Under the pieces are notes generated by a model that saw only the letters and a program-made list of their open reading frames with translations, was not told the DNA's origin and searched no databases. Of a stretch of DNA of 59,480 nucleotides, positions 36,901-49,579 are shown one piece after another. Numbering within the stretch: position 1 is the stretch's first letter; each line of letters begins with the position of its first letter. Origin of the DNA: Sminthopsis crassicaudata (Eukaryota); the NCBI RefSeq assembly GCF_048593235.1, contig NC_133619.1, positions 638,893,078-638,952,557 on the forward strand. The letters run 5' to 3'. Position numbers and translations under genes: made by a program.

Positions 36901-39900
36901 CTCACCCGGCCCAGCCACTGCAGGGGCACCAGATGTGGATGGGAGGGGCTCACTGTGCCCCTGTCCATCCAGTGCGGGCTCTGTCTCCTGTACTCCTGCC
37001 AATGCCCTGGCACCCACGGGAGCCCTGGGCATTGAGCCTCCCGAGGAGCCTCGTCCCCCAAGAAAGGATCCGCCCCCCTCTGACATGTTCACGGTTATCC
37101 ACTCGGGGAACCTGGCAGCCATGGCCCCAGGGGGAGAGAATGGAGCCTCTGACCCAGCCGATTCAGAACTGCCTTTTCTCCCACTCCCGTCTGCTGGGCT
37201 GGAAAGTTGGTCCGATGGGGGGACCCTGCCTTGCCTGCCTCTCTTCCGGGGCCAGGCGGTCTCAGCCAGCTCCCAGCCATCTAGTCACAACTTCCAGTGG
37301 GTCAGGAACCTGCCTGGCTGCCCCAAGAGCAAAGGGAACAGTGTCTATGTGGTCCACAAGCCGGCTCCGGTACCTGCCCGGGACGGCTCCGAGCCGGGGC
37401 CCGGGCCCGGGCCTGTGTCCCCCCTGCTGGACCCTTTAGCTGCTCCGGCGGGCGCTGGTCCGGAGGATGTGCTCTCTTTCCCTCCCACGCTGCTAAAGGC
37501 ACCGGGGGACACCCTGAGTGATGCCAGGTTCGCTGGTGGGGAGGACAGCTCGTGGCCTGCCCAGAGGAACAAGTACGAGTGCGAGCCCTTCCCTTGGCAG
37601 AACCCTGGGGAGCTGGGCCTCCAGGATGTGCAGAAGCCGAGCGGGCTCCCCCCTGAGAGCACCCCGCTCTTCCGGCAGCTCTTTCTCAAGTCCCAGGAGT
37701 CCCTGGTGAGCCATGAGCAGATGCAGGTGTTCCAAATGATCACCAAATCCCAGCGGATCTTCTCCCACACCCAGGTAGCAGCAGCTCCCTCTCAGCTCCC
37801 ACTCCCAGAGACCAAGCAGGCTTTGCTGAAACCACTGCAGGGCGTGTGGCAGCAGCCTCTGGCCCCAGGGGCTGACTCGTTCCATGCTCTCCCGGGAAAC
37901 CCGGAGCAGGAGGGGTCGCCGGCCCGCAGGAGAAAGACCCAGGCCCTGTTTCCAAGAGAGTCTTCACCTGGGAGCACGAGGCGGGACTCCAAGGGAGGGC
38001 CCAAAGTGGCCCCTGCTTTGCCTTCCCTTGGATCGTCCCTGGACCCTTGCGGGAATCCCGACGCTTCTATGACTAAGCAGTTGCGGTCAGCCAAAGGGAG
38101 CGTAGGTCTGGGGGATGTTTTCTCCCCAGCGCATCCTCGGCCGTCTCCGTCGGGGGTGGAAGAGCCAGCTGGAGGCCAGTTCCATTCCAAGCTGTCTCAG
38201 ACGGAGAACGGCGCGCCCTCGGCCTCCAAAGGGGACAAGAGTCAGACCTGTGCCAGAGAAATGGGCTATCGACTCTTCTCCGGCAGCACCAGAGCCCAGC
38301 GGTTCTCTGGTTTCCGCAAGGACAAAGTGAAGATGGACATGTGCTGTGCAGCCTCTCCAAGCCAGGTGGCCATGGCTTCCTTCTCCTCAGCCGGAGCCTC
38401 GGCGGAGCCCACGCGGGACATGAAGTCCAAGCTGACCATCTTCAACAGGATCCAGGTGCTTGCTCCTCTGCCTTCCCCCTCCTCAGCCACAGCCCTGGGC
38501 ATGGAGGGGTGTGATTCCCCAGAATTCCCTAGGACTTCCCTGCCTGTTTCCTGCACCTTTTTCCCTTTGGCTTTTCCTGCAGACATTTGCTAACCGTATA
38601 ATCATAATCCCCTTTTCTGCCGAGCTTCAGGCTTATGGAGCTTTTTATTTGTGACATCCCTGGGAGCTTTGGAATATTGTGTTGAAGGCTCAGAGATGGG
38701 AAACTTCAATTCAGTAGTTATCGGTGAAAGGCGTCTATGTGCCAGGGCCCATGCCAAGTGGCAGGGCTGCAGAGAGAGGCAGAAGACAGCCTCTGTCCAT
38801 CCAATGGGGGAGGGACCGTATACAAAGCGAGCTCTGTACGGGATCATAGAAATGATTAACAGGGAAGGCACTGGAATTAAAAGCAGTTGGGGGAGGCTTC
38901 CCATAGAAAGTAGGATGGAAGGGAGGCAGCCCGCTACCTTAGGGCTACTCTGCTTCCCCCACATCGTGGTGCCTTTAAAAGATGTGATTTTCTTCGTTCA
39001 AACCCAGTGGTGGGACGGAGAGAGAAAAATCACCTCTTTGGAGTCAATCCTCGCCCCTCAGGTTCAGAGCTCCCTGTCCTGCGCAGGATTGCTGAGGAAA
39101 GGGCCTTCGTGCGAACTATAAACCCCTCTCAGAATGGTGTCCTGTAGTGGCTGACCCTCCTCACGCTTGCCTCCTCCGGGAGGGATGGGGCGTTTTCTGG
39201 CCGCCATGGCTCCCATTCACTGAGGTGCTTTGGTTCTCTGCTTTGCAGGGCGGGAACATCTACAGGTTGCCCAACCCAGTGAGGGACGAGAGCCTGGTGA
39301 CCGGATGGTGAGCTGAAGCCGTCTTGGCGTGGGGAGGGGGAGGGCCTGGTGAGCCAAGAACCGGACCTGGAAATCCGTCCAATTCAGCAGACATGTATGA
39401 AACATGACCTGTGTGCTGAAGCCACCCCTGCCCTCAGGGAGCTTTCACATTGAGTTTCAGTAAATTCAGTGTTTATGAAGTTGTGCAAAGTGAGTGGGAG
39501 GGGGAGGGAAGGGGGAGAGAGACAGGGAGACGGGATGGGGAGAAGAGAGAGAGAGGGAAGGAGGGAGGGAGAGAGAGCCAGAGAGAGGACAAAACAAGTA
39601 AAGAAAGGGGTGGAGGGCATTAGATCCTAAACTCCCCCTTGGGGTCATCCCCAAAGCTTGTGGCCTGACTTTGAAGGTGATTTCTGCCCTTAGCAACCAG
39701 CTCAATGGTGTGTCTCCGGACTGGACGGAGCCCAGAAGCACTTATGTCTGTAAGAACTGCAGCCAGATGTTCTACACTGAGAAGGGGCTGAGCAGTCACA
39801 TGTGTTTTCACAGTGACCAGTGGCCATCACCAAGAGGGAGACAGGAGCAGCAGGTGAAGAGGAAGTCGGATCTCGGTTGTTTCCCTTCCAGGGAGGCTTC

Positions 39901-42900
39901 TTACTGGGGAGGGCTGCAGGGCTCGGGTTAAAGAAAGATCCTGGAAGGAGATGGGTCATTGACCTCAAAGGGTCTGACATTTTGGCAGATAACACAGTTT
40001 GTGGCGAGGGGCTGATGGTGGTGAATTGGAGTTTGGGTACTTTGGGCCCTAACTGCGTAATGCAAACCCCATCCTTGGGCTGGGCCTAAGTCTTGGGACT
40101 GTGCTCCCTTAGAAAACAGGAGTCATCCTTTGGTGGCTTGTGAAGCATCAAATGGAGGAGAAAGCTTCTGCCTTGGCCCTGAATGTGCTCATTATGTCTT
40201 TCTTATCCATGACATCTCGTTTCTTGGTTCAGGTATATAACACGGAATATTGCAAACCCCAGAGATTGGTCCTGAGGCCAGAGGGGGACGGACAGAGTCC
40301 ACCAGGAGCCAAGAGGCCTTTGGAAGACCTTGCCGCAGCGCCTTTGGTGACTCCCGTGTCTGTCCCTGTGCCAGCTGGGAGCCGACCTCCAGGGAGCCTG
40401 ACCAAGGTGGGTGACGGCTGTGGTGCCTTCTGCCATGCTGCCGGTCTGGAGGGCGGGCTCGCAGAAACATTGTAGGACCGAGGATTCTGTCAGGCTTTTA
40501 TCAGAGGGAAAGGAAAACACAAACTCCTGGGTAGCTGCGTGGCCCCCAAGAGTGAGTGTGGAATATTTCGCACACAGCGGGCAGCCTCGTGAGGGGAGGA
40601 TGCCGGTCTGAGAATTTCTCTGTATTCAAGCAGCTAGTCATTGTCTGCCCCTTAAATGGAGCCAGGTTCCTGTGCCTGGCCCCTTCCTCTCGGCACAGCC
40701 TTGAGGTGAGCGGTGCCCAAGGGGCTCCTGGAGCATGGCGGCCCATCCATCCTTCTGGGAGTTCCTCCTTGCCTTTGGTTGTGGGATAATCAAAGGACAG
40801 GCTGGAATAGTGGAAAAATCAAAAAGATTCCTGACCCCAGCTCTGACTCTGACTGGCTCTGAACTTGGGTGTTGGGTTCATCTTTCTTAAACCTCAATTT
40901 TCTCATCAGCGAAATGGATACGCAAACCTCAGTTACTATGGAGAGATGAGTTGCTGTTAACTGCAGGTGGTCTTTGAGGCTCTCAATGTTTTCATCCTCT
41001 AGGGACATGAGAGGGCTGGTCGAGAGGAGAGAGACACTAAGGAAACCAGTCAGCACAGAAAAAGAAAAAAACGCCCCCAGCCCAAGGCATTATTTATCCC
41101 TCCTCCACCTTCGGTTTTTGGAGAGATCCAGCCTGGCCCCGGAGGCTGCTATCAGAGCTGTCTGCGTTCCCCCGTGTTCCTGGTCGACCATCTCCTGAAG
41201 GGTTTATTCCAGTGTTCTCCATACACACCGCCGCCAATGCTCAGCCCGATCCGGGAGGGGTCAGGATTATACTTCAACACTCTCTTCTCCACGTCCGCTC
41301 ATTCTGGTCCCGAGAGGCTCTACGGGGCTGTCCTGGGTGAGGGAGAAGGACCTTCTGCACGCGCCCAGCCCTCCCATGTGTCTGGGGCCGTTAGACTGGG
41401 ATCTGGGTGGGCGCAGCGAGGCCCTGGCCCCTCTCGGCCCGTCTCGGCAGGTGCTTCTAGATTGCTTGTAGAGCCGGAGCTTAATAAAGCCGGAGGTGGC
41501 CTTAGAACTCAGAATGTTTGTGTCAGAAGCAACCCGAGGGCCTAGAACATCAGCGCTTGATGTAGAACGCTTAATGTTAGAGCTGGGAAAGGGGCCTTCG
41601 AGGCGATGCCGGCCAGCCCCTCTTTTGTAAAGGAGGAAATCAGTTGTGGTCTCTGAGTTTAGGAAGGCTCGTAAGCGCCATCCGAGAACCGGGGAGAAGG
41701 ACCGCTGGGACCCTCGGCTTCCCCGTATAACGTCTGTGGTCCTGTGTTTTCTAGACCAAGTGGATGGCTCTTTTGGAATCGCTGTGGTCAAAGACGACAC
41801 CAAGATCAGCATTGAGCCGTGAGTGGGAGTGGGTGATGGGGGGTGGGGGTGGGGACAGCCCTCTCCCCACCCTGGACTATCCGAGAGGGATTCTGGGAGA
41901 GGACCTGAGCCCAGGGGCTGGAGAGGGCCTAAGCCTAGGGACCCAGGAGCTAGAGAGGGCCCCAGCACAGGAGCCAGAGTGGGCTCCAGCACAGGGGCCA
42001 AAGAGGGCCCTTCCAGGCCATCACTCCTCATCAGGGAGAATGTCCAACAGCCAGGAGGAGCAAGTGATCTCCGGCTGGCCGGGGCTGCGGTGACGAGAGG
42101 GCACTGCCCTGTAGGTCAGTCATCAAGTCACCAACACTTAGAGCATGTTGCCTCAGGTGTCGGGTCCTAGGCTGGGGGCTGCTGGAGATGCCGACGAGAA
42201 GGGTGCACAGAATAAGTAAATAGGGACTAGTGAGACAAGAAAAGGTCACTTGGGAGAGAGACCAGCGTTAAGAAGTCTTTATGTAGATTTGAGCTGCTCC
42301 TCAGAGAAAGGGGGGGATTCCTTCAAGTGGAGGTGATGAAGGAAGGGCTGTACTCTACCTCGGGGACAGCAGAGGTAGGAGGAATGGGGCTACGGGCAGC
42401 TGGCAGCTTTCTGGGGGACACTGGTGGGGTCAGCTTCAAAAGGCTGTTTGAGAACAGGGGGAGCTACTGTTGGGCCAGAGCCCCCTCAGCCCCACCCTTC
42501 ATGGAAGCTGATGAGCCAGTTGAGGCCCTGTGGGAGGACAGATTGGAGGGGGTGGAGATGAGGAAGAGATGGTTCCTGCTGAGCTTACTGTAACAAACAA
42601 GCCAGGATGTGATAAGTGTCATTAAAAAGGTGCCTGGACAGGAGGGAGATCAGGGAAGTCGGACCAAAGTCTCCAAGATGGAAGAGGGAGTTTCCATTTG
42701 GCTTGTGTGTAGGGCTCCCTGCAGAGATGGGGAGGCAAGGGAGCCAGGTTATGGAGGCTGGGGAGTCCGGAGGCCAACAATAGAGGGAGACAATGGGAAG
42801 TGGGGAGGCAGCCCGGCAAACTTAGGAGGTCCCTAAGGAGGCACCTCCCCTGCCCTCGACATCCAGAGGGTCCGAGGGTCAGGAAGGACGGGACTCCGTC

Positions 42901-45900
42901 CTTCGACGGTCCCTGGCCAAATCACAGAGCCCACGCACTTTCTCTGCCCTCTCGGTGCCTTTCAGTTATACTCTGTCACTGTGCGTTTCCACTTCAGACA
43001 CATCAATATAGGGAGCCGGTTTCAGGCAGAGATCCCAAAGCCCAGAGAGATTTCTCTGGCAGAAGGTGACCAGCATGGCGCTTCACTGGTGTGGAAGCCA
43101 TGGGGAGATGTGATGACCAACCCAGACACGCAGGAGAGAGGTGGCTGCCACTTGTGGGTCTTCCCGTTTGCCTCCCACTCCCAAAGGCAAGGGCGTTCCA
43201 CACCTCTCCCCTCAGCCAGAAAGCAGGGCCCAGTGGCCCCTGAGACATCTGGCTGGCTGCGAGCCCGCTCTGGAATGAGGGTGGCCCACTTACCCAGCCC
43301 TCCAGGGGCACCCAGAGACCCTCCTCTCTTTCTCGTCTCCTTCCTGCTCGTTAATCTGGGCGCCCGGTCCCGGGAGGTAGCCAGGGACCTGCCTGGGACA
43401 GTCAAGAGAGGCCTCGATCTCTGGTTCTGGTTTACTGATCTTCGGTTTCTCCTCCTACTCCCCGTGTCTCGTCGGGACCGTAGTGACTGAGCTATGTAAC
43501 GTGGCCTGCTCCAGTGTGATGCCAGGAGGGGGGACCAATCTGGAACTCGCCCTCCACTGCCTGCATGAAGCCCAGGGGGATATCCGGGTAAGGGGCTGAC
43601 TGCTGGGGGGCAGTCCTCCCTGCCCACGACACCCCAACCTTGGCTTTAAGTGGGACTTAGTCTCCCTGATTCTAGGGACGTCCTTAAAGTACCTGAATGG
43701 GGGCTCACGGGGGCTCACGTTTGGTCTAATTCTGTGTCTCGTGACAATTGACAGAAAATAAACCGTGGCTCGGGGTCGTGCTTCTCTCTCCTGAGCTCAC
43801 CTCCAGTTACCAGCTGCTGGCTGGCTGGCCTCCTCTGGGGTCCAGGACAGAAGTTACGCCCTCCCTGCTCCCCTTCCAGGCTCAGCACTCCTTGTCTCCC
43901 CTCTCACCCCTCGGTCACCCAGTGGCCAAATCTTGGGGGTTCTTCCCCTCTTATCCCTTCTTTCCACTGTTGGCGAGTCCACTAGTCACAGCTTCTCATC
44001 CCTTATCCCTGGACTCTCCCTTGGGAGGGGCTCCCCTGCCTGACTCACCCTTCACATGCTTGGGCCGTGGGACCCAGGACTTTGCTGCTCAAGGAGCTTC
44101 AGGGTCGTCCTCTGACCTTTACAGCTGTTCACCTGCCGGCTTCAGGCCGGCTCCAGACCCTCGTCCTGGCTCAGCTAAACAGGCCTGCACGGACCCTGGA
44201 CGCCGTGCCTCCTGCCTCCGCTTTGGCCGGTCCCCTGGCTCACCTGCTGCTAGCCTCTACTATTGAGGATTCCCCCCAAAATCACTTTGTGGTGCAAAGA
44301 CATGCTTTTCCTCGAGGGCAGAGCCTCGCTTGCCTTTTCTCCGTGCCCCCAGCATTATGCCTGGCTCAGGATAGCCCACGAGAGCTACTGAGGGAATGCG
44401 AGACCTCCTAGGATGACAAATAGCACCTACTGAGTGCCAGGGTTCGGGGTGACGGGGTGATGGCTGGATTTAATGGAGGGGAGCTGACAAAAACACCCAG
44501 TATTACGTGATTAGAGGCATATAAAATGAAGCTCTCAGAAAGATGTGAAGGGGGAACCTTGTCCCCATTGGGCGGAGCCTCACCAGGTGATCTGCCTTGG
44601 TTCTAGGATGCTCTGGAGACCCTGTTACTTAGAGGACCCCAGAAGGCTCCATCTCATCCTCTGGCTGATTACCGTTACACAGGTGCCTTGTCTTCAGGGG
44701 TCTGGTCCCTGCTGGGGACAAGGCAATCCTGGGGCTCCCCGGGGGCTGGGAGATGGGCCAGGGTGTGGTCCTGAGACCCTGGCACAAGGGTTGGCTTCTC
44801 AGAGTGGGGCCTTTCCTTCTGGCCCACAGGGAGAATGACCTTTTTTCCCCCTGTGTTTGGCAGGTTCAGATATCTGGACCCCTGTGGAGAAGAGACTGTT
44901 CAAGAAGGCTTTCTGTGCCCACAAGAAGGATTTTTATCTGATACACAAGACGGTAAGGGCCATTGCACATGTGGGCACCTGCTGCCATCAATCCCCCCCC
45001 CCAATGCTGCCCTCATAACAGAGGGATGGGCTGCTTGGCTGGCTGAAGAGATGGCAGAAACTGACCCTTTGCCCACTGCCCCACAAAAGGGAGCCCACAA
45101 AAATCTCATCATTTCACTTTCCCAGCAGCCCTGCCAGGCAGGTGCGATGATCATCCACATTTTGCAGTTGAGGAAACTGAGGCAGACAAGTGAAGTGACT
45201 TGTCTAGGGTCACGCAGCTACTGAGTGTCTGAGGGCAGGTCTGAACTTGGGTCTTCTTGACTCCAGGGCTCTACTGCACCAGCAGCTGCCCATCTCCCCC
45301 TTCTCTGCATTCACCTCTGGGTATTCCAGAAAGAAATGACACAAACAGGCAAGAAATAGCAATTTCACAAGAGCCTCTGGGTGCTTGCCTGGCACCGGCC
45401 CTGCATTTGAGGGGCCAAAGCTGGGAACTTGGTAAATAGGAAGAGATCACTTGGGGGAAAGTAGCGTCCAATGCCGTCACTGGGGGGCCACAGTGCAGGG
45501 AGCCTGTGGTCAGACACTGGCTGGCTGACCCTGGGAGAGCCACTTCCCCCAGTTTGTCCGTTTTTTCTGTAAAATGGGCTGGAGAAGCAAACTGCTCCAG
45601 TGTCCCTGCCCTAGTCGGGGCCACAGAGCCGGGCACAGCTCGACCACAAAACCGTCTACAGAGCCAGTGTTCTTTGCTGGGCCCTCCTGGAGAGTCGATG
45701 GACTGGAGGGTGAAAGGTCCCGGTGGGCCGGCGTCTAGAGTTTTGTGAAGGCGGCCGCTCGTGAACGTTCTGTGACCCGCTTCTCTTTTCTCTTACTAGA
45801 TTCAGACAAAGAATGTGGCTCAGTGTGTTGAGTATTATTATATCTGGAAAAAAATGATAAAGTTTGACTGCGGCCGAGCCCCAGGGCTAGAAAAGAGGGT

Positions 45901-46654
45901 CAAGAGAGAGCAGGATGAGGTAGAAAGGACAGAAGAAAAGGTAGAAGGATGCTCTGGGAAACCCGTCCCAAGTTCAGCCCTGAGGTGTTGGGGCTCGGAG
46001 GCTCCCCACTGTCCCGGTGGGGGGTTCCAGAGGGGATGGGATAGCAGGACCCTGCTTCGTGACCTGAAGCCCTTCCCCATCCCCCCCTCTCGCCACAGCT
46101 GGGACGTCGCTCCCGTTGTTAGGGCTTCCTTTGGTAGGGGTCTTGTGTCTCTGGAGCCCGGGCTCCATGGGGTGGCAGGGCCCTGAGCCTCTCCTCCCCT
46201 CAGGTAAGCTGCAGCCCCCGAGACCGGCTCAGTCACCGGCCCACCCCCGAGCTGAAGATCAAAACGAAGAGTTACAAGAGAGAGGCCAACGTGACCTCGA
46301 GCCCGACCATCGGCCCCAAGAGGACGCCGGAGCCGCCAGGGAGCGCGGAGAGCCAGGGCGTGTTTCCCTGCCGGGAGTGTGAGAGGTATTTATCCCCTTT
46401 GCCCCCAGAGGCCCCCCCCTTGCCCTCTGTTGCTTTATCCTCCGAGGACTCAGACGTGCCTTGCTTCCCGCTTTCTCTTCAGGGTGTTCGATAAGATTAA
46501 GAGTCGAAACGCCCACATGAAGCGCCATCGCCTGCAGGAGCACGTGGAGCCTCTGGTCAGAATGAAGTGGCCCGTGAAGCCCTTTAGGAGTGAGCCGCGA
46601 GATGAGGAAGAGGAGGAGGAAGCTGGGGCGGAGGGGGGCCCCCTCCGGTGGTGA
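33690..46654 (+). CDS. ZNF541: Zinc finger protein 541 (5 C2H2 fingers, ELM2, SANT); 15 coding exons, 4119 nt, 1372 aa
   Basis: Exons assemble with consistent phases and GT-AG introns into a protein colinear with human ZNF541 from MDQYSLGD to GPLRW. Confidence 0.96.
35248..35491 (+). CDS. ZNF541: ZNF541 coding exon 2 (ZF1 and most of ZF2)
   Basis: DLGLGVLK...[21 protein letters not shown]...[13 protein letters not shown]; cattcag acceptor, CT|GTATGT donor. Confidence 0.95.
36586..38455 (+). CDS. ZNF541: ZNF541 coding exon 3 (1870 nt; end of ZF2, ZF3, Pro/Ser-rich region)
   Basis: [33 protein letters not shown]...[10 protein letters not shown]...[10 protein letters not shown]; donor CAG|GTGCTT. 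Confidence 0.95.
39249..39307 (+). CDS. ZNF541: ZNF541 coding exon 4
   Basis: [19 protein letters not shown]; ctttgcag acceptor, TG|GTGAGC donor. Confidence 0.9.
39694..39853 (+). CDS. ZNF541: ZNF541 coding exon 5 (ZF4)
   Basis: NQLNG...[37 protein letters not shown]. Confidence 0.93.
40233..40406 (+). CDS. ZNF541: ZNF541 coding exon 6
   Basis: [19 protein letters not shown]...GSLTK; 174 nt, phase 0/0. Confidence 0.85.
41003..41336 (+). CDS. ZNF541: ZNF541 coding exon 7
   Basis: [17 protein letters not shown]...[21 protein letters not shown], a motif shared with TRERF1/MIDEAS. Confidence 0.92.
41755..41818 (+). CDS. ZNF541: ZNF541 coding exon 8
   Basis: [22 protein letters not shown]; CC|GTGAGT donor. 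Confidence 0.92.
42998..43140 (+). CDS. ZNF541: ZNF541 coding exon 9 (ELM2 start)
   Basis: [13 protein letters not shown]...SLVWKPWGD...TQER. Confidence 0.93.
43484..43587 (+). CDS. ZNF541: ZNF541 coding exon 10 (ELM2)
   Basis: [35 protein letters not shown]; CGG|GTAAGG. Confidence 0.93.
44607..44682 (+). CDS. ZNF541: ZNF541 coding exon 11
   Basis: [25 protein letters not shown]. Confidence 0.92.
44864..44952 (+). CDS. ZNF541: ZNF541 coding exon 12 (SANT)
   Basis: [30 protein letters not shown]; ACG|GTAAGG. Confidence 0.94.
45800..45940 (+). CDS. ZNF541: ZNF541 coding exon 13 (SANT end)
   Basis: [47 protein letters not shown]. Confidence 0.94.
46204..46385 (+). CDS. ZNF541: ZNF541 coding exon 14 (start of ZF5)
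   Basis: [27 protein letters not shown]...[13 protein letters not shown]. Confidence 0.9.
46483..46654 (+). CDS. ZNF541: ZNF541 coding exon 15 (end of ZF5, stop)
   Basis: [24 protein letters not shown]...GPLRW then TGA. Confidence 0.94.
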
Positions 46655-47247
46655 CGGGAAGACGGCCAGGATCCTGGGGGCGGCCTGTCCGGCCGGGGCC
46701 TCAGACCTGGGGAGAGCTGGTGAACGGGCCCGGAGGGCCGCTGGGGGCACTGGCGTCTCTCCCGGGCTTGGTCCGATGGGAAGTGTGCCCTCGACATGGC
46801 CGCCTCTTGTCTTGGCTGCCCCATTGGATTGCCCCAGGGTCTGATGGGGCAGCCACGTCCTTGGTTGGGTCATAATTAGGAGCGGGGCAGGGAAAGCACA
46901 GTCATCACACGCTTCTCGGTCTGTGTGGTGTGGATGCCGGAGGCTCTGTACCATCCAGTGGGGTGACCTCTCCCCTTTTTCCAATCATATCTCTTTGGGA
47001 GGGAGGGGGGAGAAAAAAAGACAAAAAAGTTGGATCTGAGTAGCTCTTAAATCTTTGCCTAAGTTTTGGGGTTTGTTATTTTTGTTGGAAAAGGCCAAGA
47101 TTTCAGAGAATCAGTGGGAAAATACCTTCATAACGATGACATGTCAGGGCCTCCCTCACCCAGGGAGGGGCCCTCTGCATTGAGTCCAAGGTCCTGTGGT
47201 GACTTGTACATTGTTTGGTTTTTTTGTACGTGCCTACTGTATAGCTT

Positions 47248-47253
47248 ATTAAA
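47248..47253 (+). terminator. Probable ZNF541 polyadenylation signal ATTAAA
   Basis: ATTAAA with upstream TGTA motifs and a downstream GT/T-rich tract, about 600 nt after the stop. Confidence 0.6.
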
Positions 47254-49481
47254 TTGGGTTTTTGAATGGTTCTTGGCGTGCTGCGGGGACTTCTTAAAGC
47301 AACAGAGGCCTCCCGATCTGCCATTTTTCATCCAGTTCAGTTCAGCACTTAAGAAGCACCTACTGTGTGCCAGGCACCGTGCAGGATCTTGGAGATGTAA
47401 GACAGAACCCCGACAGCCCCTGCCCTCAAGAAGCTCACGGGGGAGACGACCTGGCAACAGCTTCAGGAAGCAGTATTTGCTACAGAATAGAAAGGCGCTG
47501 CAACGCGGAGGGTGGCGAAGGCTTCCGGGACTTTAGTTTCAGGGAAGGTGGGAGGTAGAGATGAACTCAGGAGAGCGGCTTTGGCTCAGAGCCAGGAGAT
47601 GGGAGGGTGGGCAGGGGTCCCCGTGTGCCTGGAGGAAGACAAGTTGGGAGGTAGGAAGGGGGCCAGGTTCTGGAGGACTTGCAAGGTCCGAGCTTTTGGG
47701 GTTGGCTCCTGGAGGGCGTAGGGAGCCGCTGGGATTTACTCTGGGAGGGGGCGGGATCAGACCAGCACATGGATCAGAATGCGGGGTGGACCCGAGTGGG
47801 GGAAGACCGGAGGCTTCGTGCACAAGTCCGAGTGTGAGGCGGCCAGGAGCGGGGCAGTGCTAGGGGCAGAGGTGGGTTCGAGAAGGGAGCGGATAAGACA
47901 GGAATTGGTGCTGGGGGCACCAGCAATTTGCTTTTGCACAATACCGAGAGGCTGGGAGGAAAGGGAGAAGAGCTGGCCGCCTTGTTCACTGTGGAGCACC
48001 TGGCAGAAATACTGCAGATGGGAACGCTGAGGCTAACAGGGTGCCTGCCCTGGTCATCCAGCTAGAACGCGTGGGAAGTGACTTGGGGTGCAGCGGCCAA
48101 GGGGCGCCACAGGGCTGGGGGCAATTCAGTCCCCGAGAGCTGAGGAGCTCAGGCTCGCTCGGGATTCGAGGCAGCATCTGGGGGGGATGGGGCGGAGAAC
48201 CTTCGGGAGGAGAGCGGTCAGCAGGGGCAGAGGCCGCAGAGAGCGTCGGGACAGTGAGGACTGGGGCAAAGGCCACCCCTGCCAAGCGAGGGAGCTGCAG
48301 AGCCGCGGCCCACGGGCAGGCTGGCGGGACACAGGCGGGAGGCCGCCCTTTGGAAGAATGAGCGGGGCCCTTCCCAGGACGCCTGTGGGTGCGGGGTTAG
48401 AAGGCTCAGGGTCAGCCCGGGTATGGCAGCTTCAAGGCAGGAGGGAGGGCCCCCAGCCCCGCTCTTCTCCGGGGAGGAGCTCCAGACTCCTCCGTGCGCC
48501 CCACGCCGGGACGCTCCCAGGCGGCAGGGATTGGGGGTCTGCGGCCCCTTCCGTTCTCCCCTGCCCCGTGCTCTGTCGGGAGACCCCACACCAACCCCCC
48601 GGGAGAGAGGAGGCTGGGCGGGAGCACGGCTCAGTGCCCCGGGGCCGGGCCAGGCGAGGGCCGAGCTGTAGGTGCGGGGAGCTCCGCGGGGGACCTATGC
48701 CCCGCCCGGACTCCTCACACTTAGCGCGGGAGCGCCCCTTGTCCGGGACGCGGCCACGTGGCCACGGAGACCCCTTTACTGCCCCGGACCCGCCGCCGGC
48801 CCAGGGCTCCACGGGGAGTCAGGCCTCGAGGCAGAACGCTCAGAAACCGCGGCTCGCCCCTCCGCATGCGCCCTGGGCCCGTCCCGGACCTAGTCTCTTC
48901 TTTATTCCCGGGTTTGGTCAACAGGGGGCGAAGAGTTGGAACAAGCTGGCCCAGCAGCTTGAGCATGCGTATTTGCACGGCGTTATTTCCTCGATCCGCT
49001 GTACGTGAGCGCATCCCATTCCGCTCACGTTCATCTTCCCTTTGCGCAAGCGCTCTGGCCAGGAGGTCCTTTTCTTCGGGTCACCATAACATCCGGGGCG
49101 AGGAGATGGGCGGGAGGCGGGGTCTCTAAATGGGAGGGGCGAAAGTTAGGTAGCTGTCACCTGATGCTAGGTCTCTCTCGAGTCACGTGCTTCAAGACCG
49201 GCAGGAGGCGGGTCCGAAGAGATGAACGCGGACATGACTGGTGAATACGAGTCACGCGGCGACAAGAGGCTGGAGGTGAGCCGGGGGGGTGTGCGTTGGG
49301 GGCGGAGCCCGCAATCTCGAGCGGTCGGTGATAGGCTGGTACGAGTCACATGCTCTCGCGTCGGCCGCCGTCCTCCGTCGTCGTCCGTCGTCTTGGCCCT
49401 CCTCTGTTGTGGCTTCCCGGCTCTTCCCAATCCTAGACTGCCGAGGCCGGGCTGCCCCGGAGACTCGAGCCGCCTCCCGCC

Positions 49482-49579
49482 ATGGACAACTCCGGCAAGG
49501 AGGCGGAGGCGCAGGCGCTGCTGGCCGAGGCGGAGCGCAAGGTCAAGAACTCGCAGTCCTTCTTTTCCGGCCTCTTCGG
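49482..49579 (+). CDS. NAPA: Alpha-SNAP coding exon 1
   Basis: [32 protein letters not shown]; Kozak gccATGg; 98 nt; GG|GTGAGA donor. Confidence 0.96.

Noticed and set aside
36519-38586. Antisense and alternative-frame ORFs over ZNF541 exon 3
   Set aside because: Shadows of a GC-rich coding exon with no independent features
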